A stretch of DNA of 64,000 nucleotides from Perna viridis (Eukaryota). Shown piece after piece: positions 41,001 to 53,000 of this stretch. Both the position numbers and the translations under genes were made by a program. Location of the stretch: NCBI GenBank assembly GCA_037379345.1, contig CM074520.1, positions 10,044,001-10,108,000 on the forward strand, given 5' to 3'. The notes under the pieces were generated by a model, which searched no databases, was not told the DNA's origin, and saw nothing but the letters and a program-made list of their open reading frames with translations. How positions within the stretch are numbered: the first letter of the stretch is position 1; the number at the start of each line of letters is the position of its first letter.

Positions 41001-44000
41001 AGAATTTGCCATTAAAGCTCAATGTAAGCAAAATTTATTAGTTCAAATATAGTTATGTTCGTTTTTTTAGGGTTTTTCTGTTTCTCTTTGCCACAAAAAT
41101 AATTTAGGTAAGAACATTTGATGCAATGAATATGAAGAAAACTTGAAGCATTATTTTTTTCTTTGTTTTTCAGCCATTTATTTGTATATTGCTACTGGTG
41201 TAGTTTTTTGACTAACACAAGACAATTATTGTGGTCTGATGTTTCTTCTAAGCTATTTTATTGCTGCTGAGTTATTTCCCTTACCTTGTGCATTTTTGTT
41301 ACTTTATTTCTTTAAGCTGGTGCCATGTTAGGAGCAGCAGAACCCAGTGCTGAAACCTTGGTTGGCTGGCTGTTAGAACATCCTGATCTAAACCTTGATG
41401 ATGATACAGACACAGACAGTATCTCCTCTCTTGATTTTTACTCTGATACTGATTCAACATCAGAAGATTTCGAAGCAGAGGAGGGACCTGACTTCTTTGG
41501 AAATAATAATGCTGTAAGATGGATTTATAAATTTAAGTAGCGGTCTTTATAAATATCAGACAGGAGTTAGTACATTGTATATTCATGTCATTAAGCCTCA
41601 CATCTTCACTTTCATTTCTCATTCAGCCATATAACAAGTCTTAGTTTGTCATATGGATGATGCACTTTTGAAATAAAAATTTTATACTGGTAGATTGCAC
41701 ATGGAATTGGCACAAAATGGAATGTTATATAGAGCATTTAATGAAATCAGTAAGGAACAGACATGTGGTGGAAGACCTTAAGTCTTCTGATGAAATATGC
41801 TGTTGATACAAATTATAGTTTTTGAAGAAAAAAATGATTTTCTTGGTATTTAGGAAATTAAAAATTGATTCTACAATACTTTGTCTTCTTTTCAGTAGTA
41901 AAAAAAGTTTCAAATTTTCTTTTTGTTTGTCCTTGTTACTAAATTTACAAATTTATAATTTTCCTTCCCTCAGCAGCTACAAGTGGGTTCCCTATCCTCT
42001 CCAGGGACACAAGTGTTTAAGAAGAGGTCAGATTTTGTGACCAATGACCAGTATGCTATGTATGTACGTGATAATATTCAAGTGGGCATGAGTGTACGAT
42101 GTTGCAGGACATATGAAGATGTCCAAGAAGGAGACATTGGAAAAGTTATTAAGGTAAAATATATTGAATAATTAGGAATATATTTTGATTCCAATACATC
42201 TGAAAATCATTATGTAATAAAGAATGGCCTTATTTGCTAAAACATTTTAAAGAAGAGAATGCCTTTGGTAAAGATATAGTGGATAATATTCAAATCAATT
42301 TTCCTTCAGGATTGTAAGGTATGTGAACTTCTATTTTCATTACTTTTGTTATTCCACTTACAGCTGGATCGAGATGGACTTCATGATCTGAATATTCAAG
42401 CTGATTGGCAGAGTAAAGGTGGAACTTACTGGGTCAGATACATACATGTTGAGCTACTTGGATTTATCAGCCCAGGTAAGTAAACATTTTGGTCAGATAC
42501 ATACATGTAGTGCTACTGGGATTTATCAGTCGAGGTAAGTAAGCATCCTGGTCAGATACATACATGTGGAGCTACTGGGACTTATTAGCCCTAGGTAAGT
42601 AAGCATCCTGGTCAGATTCATACTTGTGGAGCTACTGGGATTTATCAGCCCAGGTAAGTAAGGGTCTTGGTCAGACATATACATGTAGATTTACTTGGGA
42701 ATATGAGCTCAAGTAAGTAAGCCTTTGGGTCAGATACATAATTGTAGAGTTATTGGGATCTGAGATTTTTCTGCCCTAGGTAAGTAAGCACTTTGGTGAG
42801 ACACAAACAAATATTTTCATTATTTCTGAAACATAAGCCCAATTGTTTTGGTTTATTATGTGAACTGTTCTAAGATGTCTTATTTTATTGTGAGAAGAGT
42901 TGATTTTTTACCTTTTCAAATTATATCTGGTATGAAATTTTCATATTTTTGAAATTTTGAAGTAATTGTATAAATGAATGATAGTGTAAGATTAATTGTA
43001 TTCCTTCTTGTTATTTGCATTATATACTTGTATTTCCTCTGTAATACATGTACTTCACTACTTTCAGGTAGTACAATAAAAGTAGGAGATAAAGTGAGAG
43101 TCAAACCTTCTGTTACTATGCCAACCTACAAATGGGGATCTGTTACACACAGAAGTGTTGGAACTGTAACAGGTAAAGAGAGAACTAGTGTTTGTGATGA
43201 ACAAATAAACCAAGTCTGGACAATCAGTAAAAATGGAAACCAAAAAATAAAAGAACATTAACATTATGGAAAAAAATTAGATACTCTCAGGATAATTTTG
43301 GTTTTTTGAAGAAAAACAAAAAACAAAAAAAATGTGATTTGTTGCTAAAAAGGTACCTGCTTGTAATGTCCATTTTATGTCAATACTTTGGCAATTTTAT
43401 TTTAAATGTACTTAAAAAAAATCCTTTGGATTTAACATTCCATGATACTCTGATACTTTTTTTGCCAATACTTGTATTCTGTTCTTCATTCAGCTATCAA
43501 CCCAAATGGTAGGGATGTAACTGTAGATTTCCCACAGCAGGCTCACTGGACTGGTATTATAGAAGAGATGGAGATAGTCCCCAGTACACATCCTGGTGTA
43601 AGGTAAGGTTTAGCGTTGCCCCTGCTCTATGGAGGGCCTACAACTGGCCCACTGGAGTGGTAACATAGAAGAAAAGGAGATTTCCTTAGTACACATTCTA
43701 TTGTCGATTAAAGGCTCAGCTCAACATTTGTGATTAAAACATCAGCAGACCCATAGGGAAAATCACTAGCACTTATTCTTGTATAGAATTTAAATTTTGT
43801 CAACTACTAAAACTCTTTTCAAACTCTCCCAGTAGGTTCTCTTTATTAGCTCCTCAAATCCTTCCACAACTCAAATTTAGACCAATCAGATTGCTTGAGA
43901 TTGAAAATTTAAGGAAAACCTACATAATATTTTTTTTATGAAACCAGGCCCAGTACATATTGTCATCTCTTTATGTTGGATGTTATCTTTTTTTTTCACT

Positions 44001-47000
44001 TATTCTTGCTAACTTTTTAGCTCACCTGGCCAAAGGCCATGTGAGCTATTGCCATCACTTGGGGTCCGTTGTCGTTGTCATCCATCATTAACAATTATAC
44101 AAAACTCTTCTCCTCTGAAGCATCTTGACCAGTTGAAACCAAACTTGGTATAAATGTTCCTTGGGGTATCCTGCGTAGAACTGATGTGGGGATTTTTGAT
44201 TTGTCAAAAAACATGGTTGCTGTTTTTTTAAAAATAGAACATAGGGGTCAGGCAGTAGTTTTTCACATATATCTCCTAAACTGTTAGGTTTAACTAAATT
44301 CTGACGGGTAAAAGTGTTCAGCATGATGAGATCTATCTCTGGTCAAATTTTCGTTTTAATCCGTTTAGCCATGTTGGAGTTATTGCCCTTTTTATACAAT
44401 TTTTGCTATTTTTAATGTTATTTCTTTCAAAAATTTTCTCCTCTGACACTACTTGACCAATTGAAACCAAACTTGGTATGAATATTCCTTGTGGTATCCT
44501 GCATAGAACTGAAGTGGGGATTATTGATCCATCAAAAACATGGCTGCCGTTACTAAAAATAGAACATAGGGGTCAGACAGTAGTTTTTCGCATATTTTAT
44601 CTCCAAAACCTTTAGGTTTAGCCAAATTCTTTCAATTGCTGAAATTTAACATTTTTAAAGTAAAAGGGATTTTATAAAATAAATAAATACCATCATAAAT
44701 TCTGAGTAAGTCCATCTGCAAGCCAAGCAGACGGAATCCCCTATCTAAAAATATCATCCAATGGGATGACCTAATAGTAGCCATCTACCCTTTATTCATC
44801 CATTTAATTTTCAAAAGTAAGCAAGAAGCTGTACAAAAAATAACAGAGGATAAATAGTGCTCAAGATGTAGAAATAGCTCTAACATTGTGGGCTTTAATG
44901 TTCAGACTAGACAGAGATTATTCACTAAAAGAATTGTAAGCTGACTGAATGGTCATACAAATCCAGGTAGATAATGTTTTTGCTGATAAATATTTAACAT
45001 TTTTCTTAATAGGAATAAACAGCCTAGTATTAGCCTTAGCTCTATTATTACAGGTTCTTTGTAAATAAATGAGTAAAATTCTGATAGGACGAAGTAGTTT
45101 ACAAGTAGTATCAATAGGCAATGAAGGTATAACTATTGGCTCTGAACCTCTACTAGGAATCTGATTTTTGGCTAAAAAAGCTGGATCAGTTAAAAGAGTG
45201 ACAGAAGATTTATCGCTATTGAACCGTAGATATGAATCATAAATAGACAGAGCGTGTACTTCACTTCTTCTCCTACCTGAAGCTAATGCCAGTAGAAAAC
45301 AACATTTATATGACAAAAATTTGGTATCTACTTCTTCACCTGGTTCAAAAGGAAAGGGTTTTAAAGATGATAAATCCAAACTTAAATTCCAGGAAGGAAT
45401 TAAAACCTTCTGTCTAGGATGTTCAAGAATAAAATTCTTAACTAAAAGAGAAATGTACTCATTACTACCAAAATCCAGACCACCAGACAAGTGGATAGTT
45501 CTGGAAATAGCAGAACGATAACCTTTAATTGTGGAGGGAGACAATTTTTTATCTTCAAAAAGGTAGATAAGAAATTCAGCTAACTGCTGAACAGTAATTT
45601 TGAGAGGATCAATTTCCTTCTCACTACACCAGCTACTGAAGATTGTCCACTTAGCATCGTATACAATGTTGGTAGAGTCTCTGACTGCTCAGGAGAGATG
45701 TCTGGCTGCTCGTTCAGAAAAGCATCTCCTTGAAACTATCCCTGAGAGAAGCCACGTGAAAAGATGTAGATTCTCTGGATTGGGATGAAGAATCTTGCCT
45801 TTGAACTGGGAAAGAAGATTGTGTCTTACCAGTAGTAAGAGTGGACGAGCACAAGACAGTTGAAGAAGATCTGGATACCAAGCTTGCTTGGGCCAACCTG
45901 GAGCAATAAGAATGATCAGACATTGTTCATAAGCAATCTTCCAAAGAACTGCTGACAGAAATCTGAATGGAGGGAATGCATATTTGAACATTCCTTCCCA
46001 AGGAAAACTCATGGCGTCTACTGCATAAGCTTCTGGGTCCGGGACAGGAGACACGAACACCTGAAGTTTGAAGTTGAGACTTGTTGCAAACAGGTCTACA
46101 TGAGGAGACCCCCAATGAAGAGTTATTGCTTGAAATACTGACTGGAGAAGTTCCCATTCTGTATTCACTGGGGCAAGAGTTCTGGATAGAGAGTCTACTA
46201 AGACATTGAGTTTCCCTGGAACAAGACAAACTACTAGCTGAAGCTGAAGTTGATTGAAAAAAGAAGAATTTCTTTTGCAAGAAGAAATAGCTTGAAACAA
46301 TTTCCCCCTTGGTCTTTTAAGTAAGCAACAACCGTCGGATTGTCGGATGCAAGAACAAGAGACTTGTTTTGTAGAATATGTTGAAAATGAGAGATTGCCA
46401 GAAGAACTGCTTTCATCTCTAGAAAATTGATGTGTTCTTTCAGTAAGTCTGGGCTCCAGACCCCTGATACTGAACGACCTGCCAGATACGCCCCCCCAAC
46501 CGAGGTTGGAGGCATCTGTGAATAGAGTCTGATTGGGAACTGGAAAGGACAGAAGCTGGCCTTTCAAAACATTCTCCTGAACAGTCCACCATAAAAGGTG
46601 AGGAGACAATTCCTGAAGAAAAATTGGAATTTGATATTCCCAATTCTGAGAAGATGGGAGCCAATGTTGAAGTAGATAAAATTGGAGAGGTCGAATGTGT
46701 AGTCGGCCAAGTGGAACAACATCTGCTAAAAAGTTCAAGAGACCTAGTAGCTGAGAAAATTGGCGAGCAGAAACTGTTTCCTGAGAAAGAAACTGATGAA
46801 TTTTTAAGCTGAGGTTCTGAAATTTTTCCTGAGGAGGTAGAACTAGTTCTAGATGAGTCAGGTAATGTTCTCCCAGAAAAGTAAAGTCCTGAGAAGGAAT
46901 CAGATCTGACTTTTTCCAAGAAATTATGAACCCCAGGGAAAGAAACAGTTTGTTGACAAGATCTGTGTTTACGAGAAGCTTGTCCTGAGAAAGGTCTTTC

Positions 47001-50000
47001 AACAGAGAATCGTCTAGATAAGAATTAATCTGAATGGCCTGAGAGTGAAGATGAGCTATGGCAGTCTGCATAACCGTGGTGAAAACTAGAGGTGCAGTAG
47101 ATAGGCCAAACGGTAAAGCTCTGAATTGGTAAACCTTATTGTTCCAGACATAACGAAGACATTTTCGGTAAGAAGGACATATTGGAATATGGAAATAAGC
47201 GTCTGTCAAAGTGGTCCACCTACCTGGAAGTATTGAAGCTCTGATAGAACGATTGGTCTCCATGTTGAAATGGGAAACAACCAGATAAAGGTTGAGAATG
47301 GACAGGTCAATGACTGGTCTCATTCCTCCTGTTTTATTTGGAACAAGGAAAATCCGAGAATAGAAACCTGGATCTATTGATGATACAGGAACTTCCTCTA
47401 TTGCTTTCTTTGTCAAAAGACAATCTATCTCTGCTGATAGAAGAGATATTTTTTGTAGATGAGTCGTGTTGGACATTGGAATAGGAACTGGTGAAAGAGG
47501 TGGTAGTTCCTTGAGGAGTTTTGTAAAAAACTTCCTAGGTGGAAGGATTAGACCTCTTACCGCCTTTAAAATTACCTGTTTGGCGTTTAGTAACCGTTTT
47601 CTTAGAACCACCTTTCATACTGCCCTAAATGAAAACCTTCCTTCTCTTTTCTGTGGAAGGAAAAGAAGAACCACCTCTCTTAGAATTATTTCCCGAGAGA
47701 GAAACGTTCACCTTTACTGGTGCTGGAGTATGATTAAGTTGTTTCTGAATCTCAACAAGAGGAAGACCAAAAAGTTTGTCGTCCAATGGAGATTTTAACA
47801 AGGAATCCTTCAGGCTGTCTGAAACTCTAGCTTTATCGAGAATCTCAGATCTTTTGGATAAAGTAAAATTTGCCAATCTTCCCATAAGTAAAAGCTGAGA
47901 AGAGCCTAGAGCTTTATCAACCTGAAGTAAAAATGGTTTTACTTCAGGAGGAGGAGCAATCTCTTTCAGTAAGGGGGCTACAGCAGATAAATAATGTTCT
48001 GTTGTACCTAGTACATGAGAAGCATTTCTAAGAAGATTCTCAGTTTTAGACCAGACAGACTGAGAAAGACGCAGTCCATCCACAGGCTTTGAATTAATTG
48101 AAGAAGAAAAAGCTTTATCATAAGACAGAACCAACTTACCCAAAGTGGAAGTGAAAATATCATAATCCCTAGAAATGATCATTAAAGGAAGTTATACCAA
48201 AACCACTTACCTTGGAAAAATGAGACTCATTGGCTATGATACCTTCATTAATAATTTGAAGAGAAGCGGACATGTGATTGGATTCTGGGAAACTAGTATG
48301 AGACTTAGATAGGTCATTAGACATACCACAAGAAGCTTCAAAAGTTAAAGTGAGTCTCTTAGGTTTGGGAGGTGACTGAAATGGCACCTTATTGACATCT
48401 CTCATAATAGAGTAAACTGAATCTCTAAGATCCTTCAAAGTAGGAGTATCCTCACTTTCAGCAGCCTTGTTGGAATTGGTAGGAGACCGATCAATAACAG
48501 AATGAGTAGTATTACAAACCGAAACATTCTGAGGAACCTGATCCCTAATTTCACCTTCTTCACCAGATGAAAAATTACCTTTCTGACTACCTGGGTCCAC
48601 TGAAAAGTGTTCCTCAACATCACTATCCTCATGTTCACTTTCAGAGTTGTGAATCGTAGGAAGTGGAGTCATAGAGGAGCTAGGTGTGGGTTGGTTGGTA
48701 TTTTTCTCCTAAACTGTGAGGCGATTGGAGAAAGCAACAAACTCCAAAGATATGGATTGACGAAAGTCATCTAAAACACTCTTAAACCCATCTAATGAGG
48801 GGGAAGAGTTAGTAACCTGATTAGACTGACACCTAACAGAAGAGGTAGGTGCAGTTGCAGGTATAGTAATACCACTAGAAAGCACTGCTACAGAAGGAGC
48901 AGGGGTTGACAAACTAGGTGTGAAACTTTGAGGACCAATAGGTCCAAAGTTGTTACCATGAGGCCAGAAACCTGGAAAAACCTGGATAAGGGTATGTCTG
49001 AGGCCAGGGATGTCTTTACCAAGACATGGGGTTATTAGCCAAGGAGGGCAAAGTAACACCACAGTAAGACACTGGAGGCCTTGAACCAGGTAAATTTAGA
49101 CCCATAGAAACATCAGGGGTACAGGAAACTGAACCCGTGGTGTCTACTGGCCTAGATACTGTAAGAGTTACCATACTTAGGGATTACTCTATTACTACCC
49201 ACAGAACCTACAACCGGGGTCTGTGGAATAGTAGTGTTAGTCACCGAAGTTAAAACGTCGGTTGATTGACTAGACACATTTGGATTAACCACCTGACTAT
49301 CGTAAGGTAATAACTCATCCAAAAAAACATCATTGCCAGTAAGGGCTTGAAATGGGCTACTAACATTAAACTCCATAATAAAGTATCAATATACAAAAAT
49401 AATAGATATATAAAAGAAATTTCCTCAATAAAAGGGACTTCTAATATTACAAAATTTCAATATTATTCACAATATAATTAACCGCATATGTCTTCTTGCG
49501 CAGGTTGAAATTAAATGGATAAATAAAGGGTAGATGGCTACTATTAGGTCATCCCATTGGATGATATTTTTAGATAGGGGATTCAGGCTGCTGGACTTGC
49601 GCAGATGGAAACGTATTTATTGTAATAAAATTATCCTTATTGTAAGGCCTAAAAAAGTCTCCAGGGGTAAAAGTTGTCAGATGACTCCTTGTAAGGGTTA
49701 TTGCCCTTGAATGGTGATAAATTACCAGGTGAGCAATTCAGGCTCCTGGGAGCCTCTTGTTTTCATAACAAATCTGGAACCTGTAAGTGGATTGTTACCA
49801 TGTTTGGTTGCAAGCATCCTTATAATATAATTTTTGAAAAACTATGTTGATTATGCTGGGTATTGGACAGAATCAAGATTTTAATGTTGAAATGATCTTT
49901 ATGACATGACACTTGATTACATGTATTTCAGCTGTAACATGTGTGAAGTATTCCCCATTGTTGGAGCCAGATACAAGTGTAAAGTGTGTGTAGACTATGA

Positions 50001-53000
50001 TTTCTGTGAGAATTGCTTCAGAACAAAGAAACACAGACATCCATTCAACAGAATAGGAGAACCAGGTAATAACTGCATGTGGAATGATTATTTATTGGAA
50101 AGTCAGGAATTCTTGTGGTATGCCTTAAATGGTTGTAAACACAGAAATTAGAATTAAAATATTGAAACTTGCATCTTTGTTGAAGGTCTCTTAAGTTTTT
50201 TTGAATAACTGTTCTGAAGAAAGAGTAAACTGCAATTACTTCATATTCTATTGACAAAGTCTTGAATTTTAAACTCTAAAGAATTTTCATTATGTTTTTT
50301 TCTTACTTACAAAACAAGCTTATTTCAAGAAAATGTTGTCTAAATGCCACTTTGTCAGTCACAAATTACATAAATATCCATTTTGTATTGTAGGCAGTGA
50401 TCCTATAGCTGTTGGAAAGCCAGGGAAACACAAGAAAAAACTTCCATTTATAGCCAGTGGCTCTATGATAGACGATTGGCATACATGTGTCAAAAATCTG
50501 TCTGTGTCATCACGGGAGAACCAGGCACATAGACTGGTAGATGGTAACGGTGGTCACTGGCAGAGTTGTGGTACTCAGGGCAAGGTAGGTAACTCTATAA
50601 TCTTAACAAGGCACATAGACTGGCAGAACTGTGGTACTCAAGTCAAAACCAGGAATGAAAAGGGTGGTCACTGGCAGAGATGTGGTACCCCATGTTCAGT
50701 AGATTTACACATGTACCAGGTATTATTTGATTCCCTCCAAAAAGTTGTGTCAGACTGTCTGTCCATCCCTGGCGGTTTCCAGATGATAACATGAAGACAG
50801 ATCATTGACTTATTGAAACTCATTTATGTTGTAAATGAGAGTGGATATTACTGAGTCAGTTTAAAACTTTTTATTTCAGCATTGGATAAGATTAGAGATG
50901 CACCCAGATATACTGATCCACCGTCTGTACATGAGAGTAGAGCCCACTGACTCAAGCTATATGCCATCAGTGGTAGTGATCTATGGAGGAGATACTCTCA
51001 ACAGTATGAAAGAAATCAGAACTGTCAACATATCATCAACAGAGACTCTTGTTACACTGCTCTTGGATGTTAATCAGGTAAGTTGAGGTACCAGTACTTG
51101 GCAAATATTGGGAAAGTTTTTTGTTGGGTACCAGTCTTCTTGGTTTTTATGTGTTTTGCATACCAAGAAATTTAGTTTCAAAAACAAAAGGAGCATTTTC
51201 AGTTCATTGAGTGATGGAGTTGGAATTTCATTAACATAGTTCCCTAATAATAAAGAATTTGTGAATCTTGTTATGGAAGTAGAGTTAAACCTGTCTGAAC
51301 AGATAGTCTTAAATGTCCCTTTTAATTTTTTGTGTATTTAGAACCGGAGTATATCACCTGCATGTGAAGTTTTCATATCACAAATCGTATGTTATGCCAG
51401 AGCTTGCTGTAATTACACAGACTTTTTTGTATTATGCTAGACTTCTTACAATTAGGCTTCTGGAACACGGCTATGTTGCTACAAGGTTAAAGTCGTCACT
51501 ACTGAAGTTTTATTGTCATCATCATAAACTCGTGGATCGTTGCATTGTATCCATCTGCACTATATAAACTGATTTGTTCAACATGTTGTAGTTTTCCTTT
51601 CCTCTTTCGTCTGCCCTGGACTTTACTTTTTATGAGCAACTTGATGGGTGTTTCTAGAAAAGCAGAGAATGCTTACCCTGCCATTGCACCTTGGTCATGC
51701 TCCCAGTTTTTAGTGGAGTCTGAGTTGCTCATTTACTTTAGTTACTTTTAATGTATTATTTTAGTTTATGTCCTGTGTTGTGTTTTCCATGTCTGGTCTT
51801 TGTGTCCCAAGATTACATTCTTTGATTTCGGTTAGAATCTTGGTTCTCTTGATTACTCTTGTATTAACCAAACATATTTTATAATCCAACGAGTTCAGTT
51901 TAGATTTTACAGTACAGTATTTTATCAATATGCAATTTGTATGGGGTTAATACATGTTGCTTTGATGTAGAATTTTTTATAAATGGAAGATACATGTTTT
52001 GATTGGGCCAACCTTTCAATCTGAAGCTTCTTAAATACTAACTGTCACTGTCTGTCCAAGGTACCGTCAAGTTTCATTAAAAGTCGTTTTTTTTTTTAGT
52101 TCAATTTAAGGAAAATATTGAACATGATGTGCAGTGGGTGGGCAGGTATCTGTCTGCCAAAACTTGTCTGTTTTGTAACTTAAAAAAGTTGTTGACAGAA
52201 CATATCAAATTCAGATATGCTGTTTTCTGAAATATAAAGAAGGTCTGTATTTATGTACACAATTTTTGCTAATATTGTTTTTAAGTTATGAATCTTTTTA
52301 TAGCAAAAATTAGGACTCTGCTGGAAAATCTGGTTCATTGTCAATTTGACAGGTTTTTGTTACTTTCTTGTCTAAAATGTGGTTGGTGTTAAGATATATT
52401 TTTGCTGTTGTATAACTAATTTTTCATTATTTTTACAGTACCTAAGGTTTGTTGAGCTACAGATCAAGCAGTGTAGGAGCAGTGGTATAGACTGTAAGAT
52501 CCATGGGATGTCCATCATTGGTCGATTGAAGACTGACGAGGATGACACTGCTGCCAACTTCTCTTTCTTAGCATCTGATCGTGAAGATGACGAGGAAGAG
52601 AAGACAACACATACTGGAACTAAAAAAAAGTCCAAACTTGGTGCTGGAAAAGAAATACAGACCCATGTATTTGTCTGGGGACTGAATGATAAGGACCAAC
52701 TTGGTGGTCCTAAAGGTTCTAAGGTGAGGCAAATGAATTATGAACTTAAATGAAATATTAGAATTATAGCTTCATTTAAGATCGATGATTCAATCTATAA
52801 ACAAATATCTTCATTTAAGTATGCATTTGTGACAAGTAAGTCTTTACATACTTATATAAAACTGTATTGATGTAAACTTTTCAATTTCCTCTGTTCATGT
52901 CAGTAATTTATATGTATATATATAAGTGCATTTTATTTGTATTAGTCTTAGCTTTATGTATTAATTTTTATAGATCAAGCTCCCATCATTGAATGAATCT

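Larger units (their letters stand above)
44631..49640 (-). mobile_element. DIRS1-type tyrosine-recombinase retrotransposon, degenerate (outer boundaries approximate)
   Basis: The - strand carries gag-like, RT/RNaseH/methyltransferase-like and YR reading frames, bracketed by ~100-bp inverted terminal repeats (44711-44813 / 49505-49609). Confidence 0.92.
44014..49762 (+). mobile_element. Non-autonomous Helentron-associated-like element (HINE/pearl-like), split by the DIRS insertion (arms ~44014-44630 and ~49640-49762)
   Basis: 5' tttttagctcacctgg with sub-terminal inverted partner ccaggtgagc (49725); 3' hairpin aggctcc-tg-ggagcct followed by cttgtt; internal ~328-bp tandem units at 44108 and 44436. 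Confidence 0.75.

Noticed and set aside
40617-41012. Antisense ORFs overlapping HERC2 exons (also 17282, 21947, 31897, 52372, 62580)
   Set aside because: Shadow ORFs of coding exons, with no independent splice or homology support.
45927-46919. Extra overlapping ORFs within the DIRS pol region as a separate gene
   Set aside because: Ser-rich alternate-frame fragments with stops. DIRS elements often have overlapping frames, but no product can be supported here.
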